Source: a bacterium (GTDB taxonomy: Bacteria > UBA8248 > JACPRG01 > G963555815). From it: a stretch of DNA of 64,000 bases. Location: NCBI GenBank assembly GCA_963555815.3, contig CAUVWX020000002.1:256001-320000 (forward strand), given 5' to 3'. Position numbers and translations under genes: made by a program. The notes beneath the pieces were generated by a model, which was not told where the DNA came from, did not search any database, and was given only the letters and a program-made list of their open reading frames with translations. This document shows, in pieces, positions 19,834 to 28,865 of the stretch. Position 1 is the stretch's first letter. The number at the start of each line of letters is the position of its first letter.

Positions 19834-21993
19834 ATGGGAAAAGAGCTCTTTCTAGAGATCGGAACAGAGGAAATCCCCTCAGGGTTTCTCCCCAAGGCCT
19901 TGGAAGACCTGAAAGGGCACGCGGAGGAGTCTCTAGAGAGGGCCCGGATTCCCTTTGGCGAAGCGAGGACGCTCGGGACACCTCGCCGTCTGGTCCTCGT
20001 GGTCACTGATGTGGCCGAGGCCCAGGCCCCCTTTAAAGAGGAGGTCATCGGCCCCGCGCGAAGGGCGGCCTACAACGATCAAGGGGAGCCCACACGGGCG
20101 GCCACCGGGTTCGCCCGAAGCCAGGGGGTCCCTGTCGAGTCGCTTGGCGTGGTGCAAACGTCCCGAGGCGAATATGTCCAGGCCGTCCGCGAGGAGCTGG
20201 GAAAACCCGCCGAGGAAGTCCTCCAGGGTCTCCTGCCCGAGCTCATCTCAGACCTAAGCTTTCCCAAATCCATGCGCTGGGGGGTAGGGGACTTTCGCTT
20301 CGCCCGACCCATTCACTGGCTCGTGGCCCTGCTGGGAGGCACCCTTCTCTCATTTGAGCTCGATGGGGTGAAGAGTGGTGGCGCCTCTCGGGGGCATCGG
20401 TTCATGGCCCCTGGGTCCTTTCCTGTCGAAGATTTTAGGCAGTATCTCCAGGCGGCGCGGGAGCGGTTTGTCATCGTGGACCCTCAGGAACGGTTAAAAC
20501 TCATGGAAGCGGGAGCCCGGGCTGCCGCAAAAAGCGTCGGAGGGGAGGTCCTGCACGATGAGGAGCTTCTCCAAGAGGTCACCCACCTTCTCGAGTTTCC
20601 GACGGCCGTCCTGGGCGACATTGAGGCCCGCTATCTTGCGCTCCCCCGGGAGGTCCTCATCACCGCCATGCGACGGCACCAGCGCTTCTTCTCCGTGAAA
20701 AACGCCAATGGGGAGATTTTGCCGCACTTCATCGCCTTCAGCAATACGGAGCCAGAGGACCTCTCTTTCATCCGGCAAGGAAACGAGCGAGTTCTTCGGG
20801 CGAGGCTCTCCGACGCAGAATTTTTTTTCCGCGAGGACGTAAAGAAGCCACTGGAGACCTTCGTGGAATCCCTGAAGGGGGTCATCTTTCAAAACACCCT
20901 GGGGACCTCCTACGAGAAGGTGGAACGCATCGTCTGTCTGGCGCAGCACCTCGCCGCCCGGCTGGAGCCTGACCTCGAGGAGGTCACGCGCCGGGCCGCA
21001 TATCTTTGCAAGGCGGACCTCGAGACCCAGATGGTCTATGAGTTCCCGGAGCTCCAGGGGTATATGGGACGGGAGTATGCCCGGCTCCAGAAGGAGCCGG
21101 AGGTCGTGTGCCAGGCCATCTCGGACCACTATTCTCCTCGCTCGGCTAAGGACCCGTACCCCCCGAAGGGCCCCGGGGCCCTAGTGGGGATTGCCGACAA
21201 GCTCGACACCCTGACGGGTTACATTGGATTGGGGCAGACCCCCAGTGGCTCCCAGGACCCCTATGGGCTGAGACGGGCTGCCCGGGGAGTTCTGGGAACT
21301 CTCATCGCCCACGGCTATCGCCTTTCCCTGCAGGATCTGATCAGGGAATCCGCTCATCTTCTCTGTGAGCGCGTCGGCGAAAACGAGGAGGACCTGTTTC
21401 AAGAGGTTTTCGTCTTTCTCAGAGGAAGACTTGCGAACCTCTGGGTCGGCGATGGGCATCGGGCGGATTTGGTCGAGGCGGTCCTTTCGGCAGGCTGTGA
21501 GGATGTGGTTAATGCCGGAAAGCGCCTGGAGGCCCTCAAAAGGGTGGCAGAGGCGGAGGACTTTGAGGCCCTCACGACGACCTTTAAACGAGTGGCGAAC
21601 ATCATCATCCAGGCGAGGGAGAAGGGGATGATTCCCTCTTCGGATCAGCGACCGAAGGGGGGTGGCCGGAAGGCGGCCTCTGGCAAGACCGACGCAGAAA
21701 AATCTTTCTCTGTCGACCCGGCCCTGCTGGAAGAGCCCGCCGAAAAGGCCCTTTTTGAGACATATCAATCCAAGGCGAAGGAGGTTGGAGCCTGGAGCAA
21801 GGCCGAGGATTATCTGGCGGGCCTGACCACCACGGCAGGACTTCGCTCCGCCGTGGATCGTTTTTTCGACGATGTCCTGGTGATGTGCGACGATGAGGCC
21901 CTGAGGGAAAACCGCCTGGCCCTTCTCGCCTCGATCGGTGGACTCTTTGAGCCGGTCGCGGATTTTCGGAAAGTGCTCGTTAAGGCCCTGTAG
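19834..21993 (+). CDS. glyS: Glycine--tRNA ligase beta subunit
   Basis: EIGTEEIP, TPRRL, KSMRW, GNERVLRARLSDA, EFPELQG, GSQDPYGLRR, FFDDVLVM...NRL. Confidence 0.97.
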   Translation: MGKELFLEIGTEEIPSGFLPKALEDLKGHAEESLERARIPFGEARTLGTPRRLVLVVTDVAEAQAPFKEEVIGPARRAAYNDQGEPTRAATGFARSQGVPVESLGVVQTSRGEYVQAVREELGKPAEEVLQGLLPELISDLSFPKSMRWGVGDFRFARPIHWLVALLGGTLLSFELDGVKSGGASRGHRFMAPGSFPVEDFRQYLQAARERFVIVDPQERLKLMEAGARAAAKSVGGEVLHDEELLQEVTHLLEFPTAVLGDIEARYLALPREVLITAMRRHQRFFSVKNANGEILPHFIAFSNTEPEDLSFIRQGNERVLRARLSDAEFFFREDVKKPLETFVESLKGVIFQNTLGTSYEKVERIVCLAQHLAARLEPDLEEVTRRAAYLCKADLETQMVYEFPELQGYMGREYARLQKEPEVVCQAISDHYSPRSAKDPYPPKGPGALVGIADKLDTLTGYIGLGQTPSGSQDPYGLRRAARGVLGTLIAHGYRLSLQDLIRESAHLLCERVGENEEDLFQEVFVFLRGRLANLWVGDGHRADLVEAVLSAGCEDVVNAGKRLEALKRVAEAEDFEALTTTFKRVANIIIQAREKGMIPSSDQRPKGGGRKAASGKTDAEKSFSVDPALLEEPAEKALFETYQSKAKEVGAWSKAEDYLAGLTTTAGLRSAVDRFFDDVLVMCDDEALRENRLALLASIGGLFEPVADFRKVLVKAL

Positions 21994-22021
21994 GAGCGTA
22001 AAAAACGTTAGCAAATTTATT

Positions 22022-22051
22022 TTGTCGCCTTATTATTGTTCCCTGTATTAT
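22022..22051 (+). promoter_or_regulatory. Possible sigma70 promoter for ppdK
   Basis: TTGTCG-N18-TATTAT within an AT-rich intergenic stretch. Confidence 0.4.
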
Positions 22052-22160
22052 CTTCTTTCCTTGAACAACGGTAATGACAGGGGGAACACTCCGCCTGTTC
22101 TGGAGAGGGTTTCACACTGGAGCGTCTGTGCTGCATCTTTAAAGGGAGGCTGATTGCCTG

Positions 22161-24794
22161 ATGGAGAAATATGTCTATGCCTTTGGCGGAGGGGTGACGG
22201 AAGGCGGGGCCGATATGAAAATGCTCCTTGGCAACAAAGGGGCCAACCTGGCCGAGATGTCCTCTCTTGGACTCCCGGTGCCGCCGGGTTTCACCATTAC
22301 GACAGAGGCTTCTGACCACTACTTCAAGAACGGCGGAGAGTATCCCGAAGGAATGTGGGAGGAGGTCGACAAAAACCTCGCTCGGGTGGAGGGCGAGATG
22401 GAGGCGAAGCTGGGCGATCCGACGAACCCCCTTCTCGTCTCCGTCCGATCCGGGGCCGCGGTTTCCATGCCGGGGATGATGGACACGGTCCTCAACCTTG
22501 GCCTCAATGATAGAAGCGTAGGGGGGCTCTCAGCCCGGACGGACAATCCTCGATTCGCGTGGGACAGTTACCGGCGCCTTGTCACTATGTTTGGAGATGT
22601 GGTCCTCGGCCTCGAGCGCCGGGAGTTTGAGGAGCGCCTGGAGGCCCTGAAGGGGCGGGTTGGCGTTAAAGAGGATCAGGCGGTTGACGTTGAAAGCCTC
22701 CAATCCCTCGTCAAGGAATATAAAAGCCTTGTCCAGCAAAAGCTCAACCGGGAATTTCCCCAGGACCCCCGCGAGCAGCTTCGCCTTGCCATCAATGCCG
22801 TCTTTGATTCCTGGAACAGTGACCGTGCCAAGACCTACCGGCGCCTGAACCAGATGTCCGAAGTGGGCGGGACGGGGGTCAATGTCCAGGCCATGGTCTT
22901 TGGAAACTTAGGGGAGACCTCAGGGACAGGGGTGGCCTTCACGAGAAACCCCTCGACGGGCGCGAAGGAGTTCTACGGGGAATTTCTGATGAATGCCCAG
23001 GGGGAGGATATAGTTGCGGGCACCCGGACCGCCGAGCCCATCTCCAGCCTGAAGACCCCGATGCCCGAGGTATATCAGGCCCTGGAGGGGATCGCCCAGA
23101 AGCTGGAGTCCCACTACAAGGACATGCAGGACCTCGAGTTCACCATCCAGGCTGGAAAGCTCTACATGCTCCAGACCCGGACGGGCAAGCGGACCGCCGC
23201 CGCTGCGACTCGGATCGCCACCGAAATGGAAAAGGAAGGGCTAATTGACAAGGCGACGGCCCTCCTTCGGCTGGATCCAGAGCAAATGGAACAACTCCTC
23301 CACTACCGGATCGACCCGAATAGCCAGGTTCAGGTGATCGCGCGGGGGCTCGCCGCCTCGCCGGGTGCCGCCGTGGGAAAGGCCGTCTTCACCGCCGAGG
23401 GGGCAGAGCAGAAGGCGGCCAAGGGGGAGCAGGTCATCCTCATCCGAATGGAAACCTCCCCTGATGACATTGGGGGAATGTACGCAGCCCAGGGGATTCT
23501 GACGGCTCGTGGCGGCCTGACCTCCCATGCGGCCGTCGTGGCCCGGGGCATGGGGAAGTGCTGCGTGGCAGGCTGCGACGAGATCCGGGTGGACGAGGAA
23601 CAGGGGCGATTCACTGCGGACTCGGTCGAGGTTCGGGAAGGGGACTTCATTACCCTGAACGGGTCCACAGGCGAGGTCATCCTGGGAGAAACAAATCTCG
23701 TAAAGCCTGAAGTTTCAGACCACTTCTCAACGATCCTTGACTGGACGGATGAGGTTAAGGTTCTGGGGGTGCGGGCCAATGCAGACACCCCCCACGATGC
23801 GCAGGTCGCCCGGGACTATGGGGCCGAGGGGATTGGCCTCTGTCGCACAGAGCATATGTTCTTTGAAGGGGATCGCATCGACTCCGTCCGGGCCATGATC
23901 CTGGCCAAGGGGGAGGGGGAGCGGCGCAGCGCCCTGAAAAAACTTCTCCCCATACAGACCCAGGACTTTGAGGATATCTTCGAGGTCATGGATGGCCTCC
24001 CTGTCACTATCCGCTTCCTCGACCCTCCGCTTCACGAGTTTTTGCCCAAGACCGAGGATGGGATGGAGGCCCTGGCCCGAAACATGGGGATGAGTCTGGA
24101 TCACATCAAGGCCACGGTGGAGGAGCTGACCGAGTTCAACCCCATGCTGGGACATCGGGGATGCCGTCTTGGCCTCTCTTATCCGGAGATTTATGAGATG
24201 CAGGCCGAGGCCATCTTCACGGCCGCCTGTAGGAAGGCCCGGGAGGGGCGGAAAGTCCTGCCCGAGATCATGATCCCGCTGGTGGCTGACGTGGCGGAGC
24301 TCAGGGCCAACAGGGAGATGGTCCGGCGTTTCGGAAAAGAGGTCATGCGCCGCGAGAAGGTGAAGGTGGACTACCTGATCGGGACCATGATCGAGCTTCC
24401 GCGGGCCTGTCTCACGGCCCGTGAGATTGCGGCCGAGGCTGACTTTTTCTCCTTCGGGACCAACGACCTGACCCAGACCGTCTATGGCCTCAGCCGGGAC
24501 GATGCGGGGCGTTTCCTGCCGGAATATCTGACAAAGGGCTACTTCTCCAGGGACCCCTTCGTCGCCATCGACCGCGCGGGGGTGGGAGAGATGATCCACA
24601 TGGCTGTCAAAAAGGGGAGGGCGCGACGGCGGAAGTTGAAGGTGGGAATTTGCGGGGAACACGGAGGAGAACCCTCCTCGGTGGAATTCTGCCATCAGGT
24701 GAACCTGGATTACGTGAGCTGTTCCCCATTCCGCGTTGTCATTGCCCGTCTGGCAGCCGCCCAGGCGGCCCTGCGGTATCCGGCGGGGAAATAA
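22161..24794 (+). CDS. ppdK: Pyruvate, phosphate dikinase
   Basis: KGANLAEM, SVRSGA, SMPGMMDT, GGLTSHAAVVARG (phospho-His), GLCRTEHM, FGTNDLTQ, GICGEHGG. Confidence 0.98.
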   Translation: MEKYVYAFGGGVTEGGADMKMLLGNKGANLAEMSSLGLPVPPGFTITTEASDHYFKNGGEYPEGMWEEVDKNLARVEGEMEAKLGDPTNPLLVSVRSGAAVSMPGMMDTVLNLGLNDRSVGGLSARTDNPRFAWDSYRRLVTMFGDVVLGLERREFEERLEALKGRVGVKEDQAVDVESLQSLVKEYKSLVQQKLNREFPQDPREQLRLAINAVFDSWNSDRAKTYRRLNQMSEVGGTGVNVQAMVFGNLGETSGTGVAFTRNPSTGAKEFYGEFLMNAQGEDIVAGTRTAEPISSLKTPMPEVYQALEGIAQKLESHYKDMQDLEFTIQAGKLYMLQTRTGKRTAAAATRIATEMEKEGLIDKATALLRLDPEQMEQLLHYRIDPNSQVQVIARGLAASPGAAVGKAVFTAEGAEQKAAKGEQVILIRMETSPDDIGGMYAAQGILTARGGLTSHAAVVARGMGKCCVAGCDEIRVDEEQGRFTADSVEVREGDFITLNGSTGEVILGETNLVKPEVSDHFSTILDWTDEVKVLGVRANADTPHDAQVARDYGAEGIGLCRTEHMFFEGDRIDSVRAMILAKGEGERRSALKKLLPIQTQDFEDIFEVMDGLPVTIRFLDPPLHEFLPKTEDGMEALARNMGMSLDHIKATVEELTEFNPMLGHRGCRLGLSYPEIYEMQAEAIFTAACRKAREGRKVLPEIMIPLVADVAELRANREMVRRFGKEVMRREKVKVDYLIGTMIELPRACLTAREIAAEADFFSFGTNDLTQTVYGLSRDDAGRFLPEYLTKGYFSRDPFVAIDRAGVGEMIHMAVKKGRARRRKLKVGICGEHGGEPSSVEFCHQVNLDYVSCSPFRVVIARLAAAQAALRYPAGK

Positions 24795-24803
24795 GGCCCC
24801 AAA

Positions 24804-25949
24804 ATGCCAAGGTGGCATCCTGAAGAGGCGGGCTTGATGCGCCAGGCCCTTCGACTGGCTGGCCAGGCAAAGGGCAGGACCCATCCCAACCCCATGGTGG
24901 GGGCCCTGGTGGTGAGAGGGGGCCGCATCGTGGGCCAGGGCTATCACCGGAAGGCCGGAGGCCCGCACGCTGAGCTTCTGGCCCTTCGGGCAGCCCGCTC
25001 CCGCGCAAAGGGCGCCACCCTCTATGTCTCGCTTGAGCCTTGCTGTCACGTCGGCCGAACTTCCCCCTGCACGGACGCTATCCTTTTGGCCGGGGTCCGG
25101 GAAGTGGTTGTGGGGATGAGAGACCCCAATCCCCTCGTCTGTGGAAGGGGCATTCGCGCCCTGCGGAGGGCCGGACTCAAGGTCCGGACCGGGCTCCTGG
25201 AGAAGGAATGCCGCCGCCTGAACGAGGATTTTTGCCATCATATTCAGACGGGTCGGCCCCTGGTCATCCTGAAGTCGGCTCTGAGTTTGGATGGTAAGAC
25301 CGCCACCGTATCGGGTGAATCCCGATGGATATCCAGCCCCGCGAGCCGGGCCCACACCCATCGGCTTCGAGAGAGGGTGGACGCCATCTTGGTGGGGATC
25401 GGGACCGTCCTGGCCGACAATCCCAGCCTTACGGCCCGCCCCTCGGGGGGGAAGGGGCGAGACCCCCTTCGAGTCATCCTGGACAGCCGCCTCAAAATTC
25501 CCTTGACCGCTAAGGCATTGAACGTTCACTCTCAGGCTGATACAATTTTGGCGACGACGAGGCACTCCAACCTGAAGCGCAGGGCCGATGTGGCCGCAAA
25601 AGGGGCTGAAGTCCTCGTTTTGAGAGAGGTCCAAGAGGGGGTTTCCCTTCCTCACCTTCTTAGAGTGCTGGGCCGGCGCGGGATCGTGAGCCTGCTCATT
25701 GAGGGAGGGGGCAGAGTGAGTGCAGGGGCCCTCCGGGCCGGAGTTGTTAACAAAGTGATCTACTACCTCGCCCCCATTCTTATCGGGGGCCAGCGGGCGC
25801 CTGGGGCCATTGGAGGCGAGGGGGTGCAGAGGCTGGACGACGCCTTCCGGCTTCGGGACGTTCGGACAAGCCGCCTGGGCCCTGATCTTTTAGTAGAGGC
25901 TTACATTGATGGAGGAGGGAGGCCTCGGCGTGTTTACAGGAATCATTGA
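24804..25949 (+). CDS. ribD: Bifunctional riboflavin deaminase/reductase
   Basis: PNPMVG, HAE, EPCCH..R.SPC, SLDG, IEGG. Confidence 0.96.
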   Translation: MPRWHPEEAGLMRQALRLAGQAKGRTHPNPMVGALVVRGGRIVGQGYHRKAGGPHAELLALRAARSRAKGATLYVSLEPCCHVGRTSPCTDAILLAGVREVVVGMRDPNPLVCGRGIRALRRAGLKVRTGLLEKECRRLNEDFCHHIQTGRPLVILKSALSLDGKTATVSGESRWISSPASRAHTHRLRERVDAILVGIGTVLADNPSLTARPSGGKGRDPLRVILDSRLKIPLTAKALNVHSQADTILATTRHSNLKRRADVAAKGAEVLVLREVQEGVSLPHLLRVLGRRGIVSLLIEGGGRVSAGALRAGVVNKVIYYLAPILIGGQRAPGAIGGEGVQRLDDAFRLRDVRTSRLGPDLLVEAYIDGGGRPRRVYRNH

Positions 25950-26580
25950 TCACCTGGGCGCTGTTTCCTCTCTAAAACCTTCGCCGGAGGGAGCCCGCCT
26001 CACGGTCCATGCTCCCGACGTGGCCCGCCAACTCAAGGCGGGGGAGAGCGTCTCGGTCAATGGGGCTTGTCTCACGGTGGTGGAGAGGACGCAGGAGGCC
26101 TTCAGCGTGGATGTGACCCCCGAGACCCTGAGTAGGACCAACCTCGGGGAGTTGCAATCCCAGAGCCAGGTGAACCTGGAGTTGGCCCTTCAGGTGGGGG
26201 CCCGGCTGGGGGGACACCTGGTCAGCGGGCATGTGGACGCCCCGGGGAAGATCGTGAAACGGGAGCCCCTTGGGAATTCCGTGATGGTGGTCGTTGAGAC
26301 CCCACCTGAGGTGATGAAGTACGTGGTCGAGAAGGGTTCTATCGCCGTGGACGGCGTGAGCCTGACGGTGGTCGAGCGAGGAGAGGGCCGCTTCTCGGTG
26401 GCTATCATTCCCCACACGGCCCAAAAGACCACCCTCAATGAGAAACCGGTGGGCGCCAGGGTGAACCTGGAAGCCGACCTGGTCGGAAAATATGTGGAGC
26501 AGTTTGTGAATCCTTGGCGAAACAGCGAGGCGGTTTCAAGAGGCGCCCAAATGTTTGTGCCAGAACGCGAATATTCGTGA
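25930..26580 (+). CDS. ribE: Riboflavin synthase (alpha chain)
   Basis: (M)FTGII N-terminus from GTG 25930, SVNGACLT, GGHLVSGHVD, KGSIAVDGVSLT, IPHT. Confidence 0.96.
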   Translation: MFTGIIDHLGAVSSLKPSPEGARLTVHAPDVARQLKAGESVSVNGACLTVVERTQEAFSVDVTPETLSRTNLGELQSQSQVNLELALQVGARLGGHLVSGHVDAPGKIVKREPLGNSVMVVVETPPEVMKYVVEKGSIAVDGVSLTVVERGEGRFSVAIIPHTAQKTTLNEKPVGARVNLEADLVGKYVEQFVNPWRNSEAVSRGAQMFVPEREYS

Positions 26581-26593
26581 AAAGGCGGTTGGA

Positions 26594-27808
26594 ATGACTG
26601 ATGAGCACCCTTTCCACTCCATAGAAGAAGCCATCGAGGCGATCCGGGAAGGACAGATGGTCGTCCTGATTGATGACGAGGACCGGGAGAACGAGGGCGA
26701 CCTCACGATGGCGGCCGAGCGGATCACCCCCGAGGCCATTAACTTCATGACCCAATATGGCCGTGGTCTATTGTGCCTCACCCTGACTGGCCAGCGGGCC
26801 GACGAGCTTGAGCTGGAGCCTATGGTCCGGAACAATACGGCCTCTCTCGGGACCGCCTTCACTATCTCCATCGACGCCAAGAAGGATGTGGAGACGGGGA
26901 TCTCGGCGAACGACCGGGACGCGACCATCCGCCAAGCCCTGGACCCCAGGACCAAACCCCAGGACCTGGCCAGGCCGGGGCACGTCTTTCCCATTCGGGC
27001 AAGGGACGGGGGTGTCCTGGTACGCGCGGGGCAGACGGAAGGATCGGTCGACTTGGCGCGTCTGGCCGGCCTGAAACCGGCGGGCGTCGTCTGCGAGGTG
27101 ATGAACCCCGATGGCAGCATGGCCAGGGTCCCCCAGCTTCTGAAATTCGCGAGTCATCACGACCTCAAAGTGATTACGATCAAAGATCTCATCGAGTACC
27201 GAATGAGGTGTGAGTCTCTCATTGAGATGGTGACCGAGACCGAGATACCCACCGAACATGGGGTATTCAAGGCGAGGTCTTATCGGGGAAAGATTGGGGG
27301 CCAGATTTATCTCAGCCTGAGTCTTGGGGAGCTCAACGGGGAAGAGGATGTCCTCGTCCGAGTTCATTCCCAGTGCTTGACCGGGGATGTCTTCGGTTCT
27401 TTTCGGTGCGACTGCGGCCCTCAGCTTCACACCGCCCTGTCCATGATCGGCGAGGCGGGGAAGGGGGTTCTTCTCTATGTGGCTCAGGAAGGCCGGGGGA
27501 TTGGCCTGATGAACAAGCTCAAGGCGTACTCCCTCCAGGACCAGGGCCTCGACACGGTCCAGGCGAACGAGGCCCTGGGCTTCAAGTCCGACCTTCGGGA
27601 GTATGGCCTAGGGGCTCAGATCTTGGCCCACTTGGGTCTGAAGAATATCCGCCTTTTGACAAACAATCCCAGAAAGGTGGTGGGTCTGGAAGGCTACGGG
27701 CTTCAGATCACCGAGCGGGTCCCCTTGGAGGTTAAGCCCCGCGAGGAGAATCTCCATTACCTGCAGACGAAGCGGAGCAAGCTCGGCCATCTGCTGAAAA
27801 ATGTCTAA
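26594..27808 (+). CDS. ribBA: Bifunctional DHBP synthase / GTP cyclohydrolase II
   Basis: DDEDRENEGD, RPGHVFP, RVHSQCLTGDVFGS.RCDC, EGRGIGL, LTNNP. Confidence 0.97.
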   Translation: MTDEHPFHSIEEAIEAIREGQMVVLIDDEDRENEGDLTMAAERITPEAINFMTQYGRGLLCLTLTGQRADELELEPMVRNNTASLGTAFTISIDAKKDVETGISANDRDATIRQALDPRTKPQDLARPGHVFPIRARDGGVLVRAGQTEGSVDLARLAGLKPAGVVCEVMNPDGSMARVPQLLKFASHHDLKVITIKDLIEYRMRCESLIEMVTETEIPTEHGVFKARSYRGKIGGQIYLSLSLGELNGEEDVLVRVHSQCLTGDVFGSFRCDCGPQLHTALSMIGEAGKGVLLYVAQEGRGIGLMNKLKAYSLQDQGLDTVQANEALGFKSDLREYGLGAQILAHLGLKNIRLLTNNPRKVVGLEGYGLQITERVPLEVKPREENLHYLQTKRSKLGHLLKNV

Positions 27809-27873
27809 ATGTTTAGAGGACCCGGATGCCCGACGGGCAGAGCCACTGTTCGGGGCAATAGTTCGGGGGGGGG

Positions 27874-27902
27874 GCCGCCAGGAACAGGGCGGCTTCTTCT
27901 TT
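27874..27902 (+). terminator. Possible intrinsic terminator/attenuator between ribBA and ribH
   Basis: GCCGCC-AGGAACAG-GGCGGC hairpin followed by TTCTTCTTT. Confidence 0.4.
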
Positions 27903-27928
27903 AATGGGCTCTTGAGGAGGCTCCCGCG

Positions 27929-28402
27929 ATACCCAGGGTAACGGAAGGAGATCTCTCGGCGGCCGGCCTAAAGGTGGGGATCGTGGTGAGCCGGTTCAAC
28001 TCCTCGATCACGGACCGTCTCCTAGAAGGGGCGTTGGACGCCCTCCTGCGATCCGGGGCCAAGGAGGGGAACCTTGATGTGGTGCGAGTCCCCGGCGCCT
28101 TCGAGATACCCCTTGTGACCAAGATCCTGGCCGAGAGTAAACGCTATGAGGCTATTGTCTGCCTGGGGGCCCTCATCCGAGGGGAGACACCGCACTTTGA
28201 ACACCTCGCCTCCCAGGTTGCCAAGGGGATCGCCGAGACCTCCCTGGAATCCGGCGTCCCTGTGACCTTTGGGGTCCTCACAGCGGACAGCGCCGATCAG
28301 GCCGTCGAGCGGGCTGGGGGCAAACGTGGCAACAAGGGGGCCGAGGCTGCCCGGACGGCGGTCGAGATGGCGGTTCTCCTGAAAAAGCTGAAGAAGAAAT
28401 AG
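27929..28402 (+). CDS. ribH: 6,7-dimethyl-8-ribityllumazine synthase; apparent ATA start
   Basis: (M)[51 protein letters not shown] sits 8 nt before ATA at 27929. Confidence 0.95.
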   Translation: MPRVTEGDLSAAGLKVGIVVSRFNSSITDRLLEGALDALLRSGAKEGNLDVVRVPGAFEIPLVTKILAESKRYEAIVCLGALIRGETPHFEHLASQVAKGIAETSLESGVPVTFGVLTADSADQAVERAGGKRGNKGAEAARTAVEMAVLLKKLKKK

Positions 28403-28414
28403 CGAGAGGTCCTT

Positions 28415-28855
28415 ATGGGAACCAGACGGATGGCCCGGGAGGCGGCCCTCAAGATCCTCTACCAGCTGGATCGCTCCGGGGGAGACCCGGAGGAGGCGCT
28501 CAACGTCTATTGGAACGAGCATCCCATGTCGGATGGGGTTTGCCAGTATGCCGAACGCCTCGTCCGCACCACCTGGAAGGAGAAGGAAGACTTCGACACC
28601 ACCATCGCCCGCCTCTCTGAGCATTGGGCCCTTCGCCGCATGGGGGCCGTCGATCGCACCATCTTGCGTTTTGCCGCGTGCGAACTCCTCCTTTTTAAAG
28701 ACATCCCGTCTAAGGTGGCCATCAACGAGGCGGTCGAGCTGGCCAAGAAATATGGGACCAAAGATTCCCCTGCCTTTGTGAACGGGATCCTGGATCAAAT
28801 CAAGCACGAGGCGGAGTGTGAGGGGGTGAAGGGAGGAGGAGCCTCGAAGCCATGA
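28415..28855 (+). CDS. nusB: Transcription antitermination factor NusB
   Basis: RRMAREAAL..LYQ, DRTILR, INEAVELAKKY, FVNGILD. Confidence 0.96.
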   Translation: MGTRRMAREAALKILYQLDRSGGDPEEALNVYWNEHPMSDGVCQYAERLVRTTWKEKEDFDTTIARLSEHWALRRMGAVDRTILRFAACELLLFKDIPSKVAINEAVELAKKYGTKDSPAFVNGILDQIKHEAECEGVKGGGASKP

Positions 28856-28865
28856 GAGAGTTCCT

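Noticed and set aside
21994..22160. Riboswitch or sRNA in the glyS-ppdK spacer
   Set aside because: Only an AT-rich promoter-like region and one short hairpin (ACAGG...CCTGT). No recognisable family features.
24795..24810. FMN riboswitch upstream of the rib operon
   Set aside because: ribD starts 9 nt after ppdK, leaving no room, and no RFN motifs were seen.
23727..25655. 642-aa minus-strand ORF, and similar long antisense ORFs (18603..20048, 43788..45050, 58412..59605, 33483..34523, 16172..17197)
   Set aside because: These are shadow frames opposite well-supported genes, expected at high GC, with no recognisable motifs.
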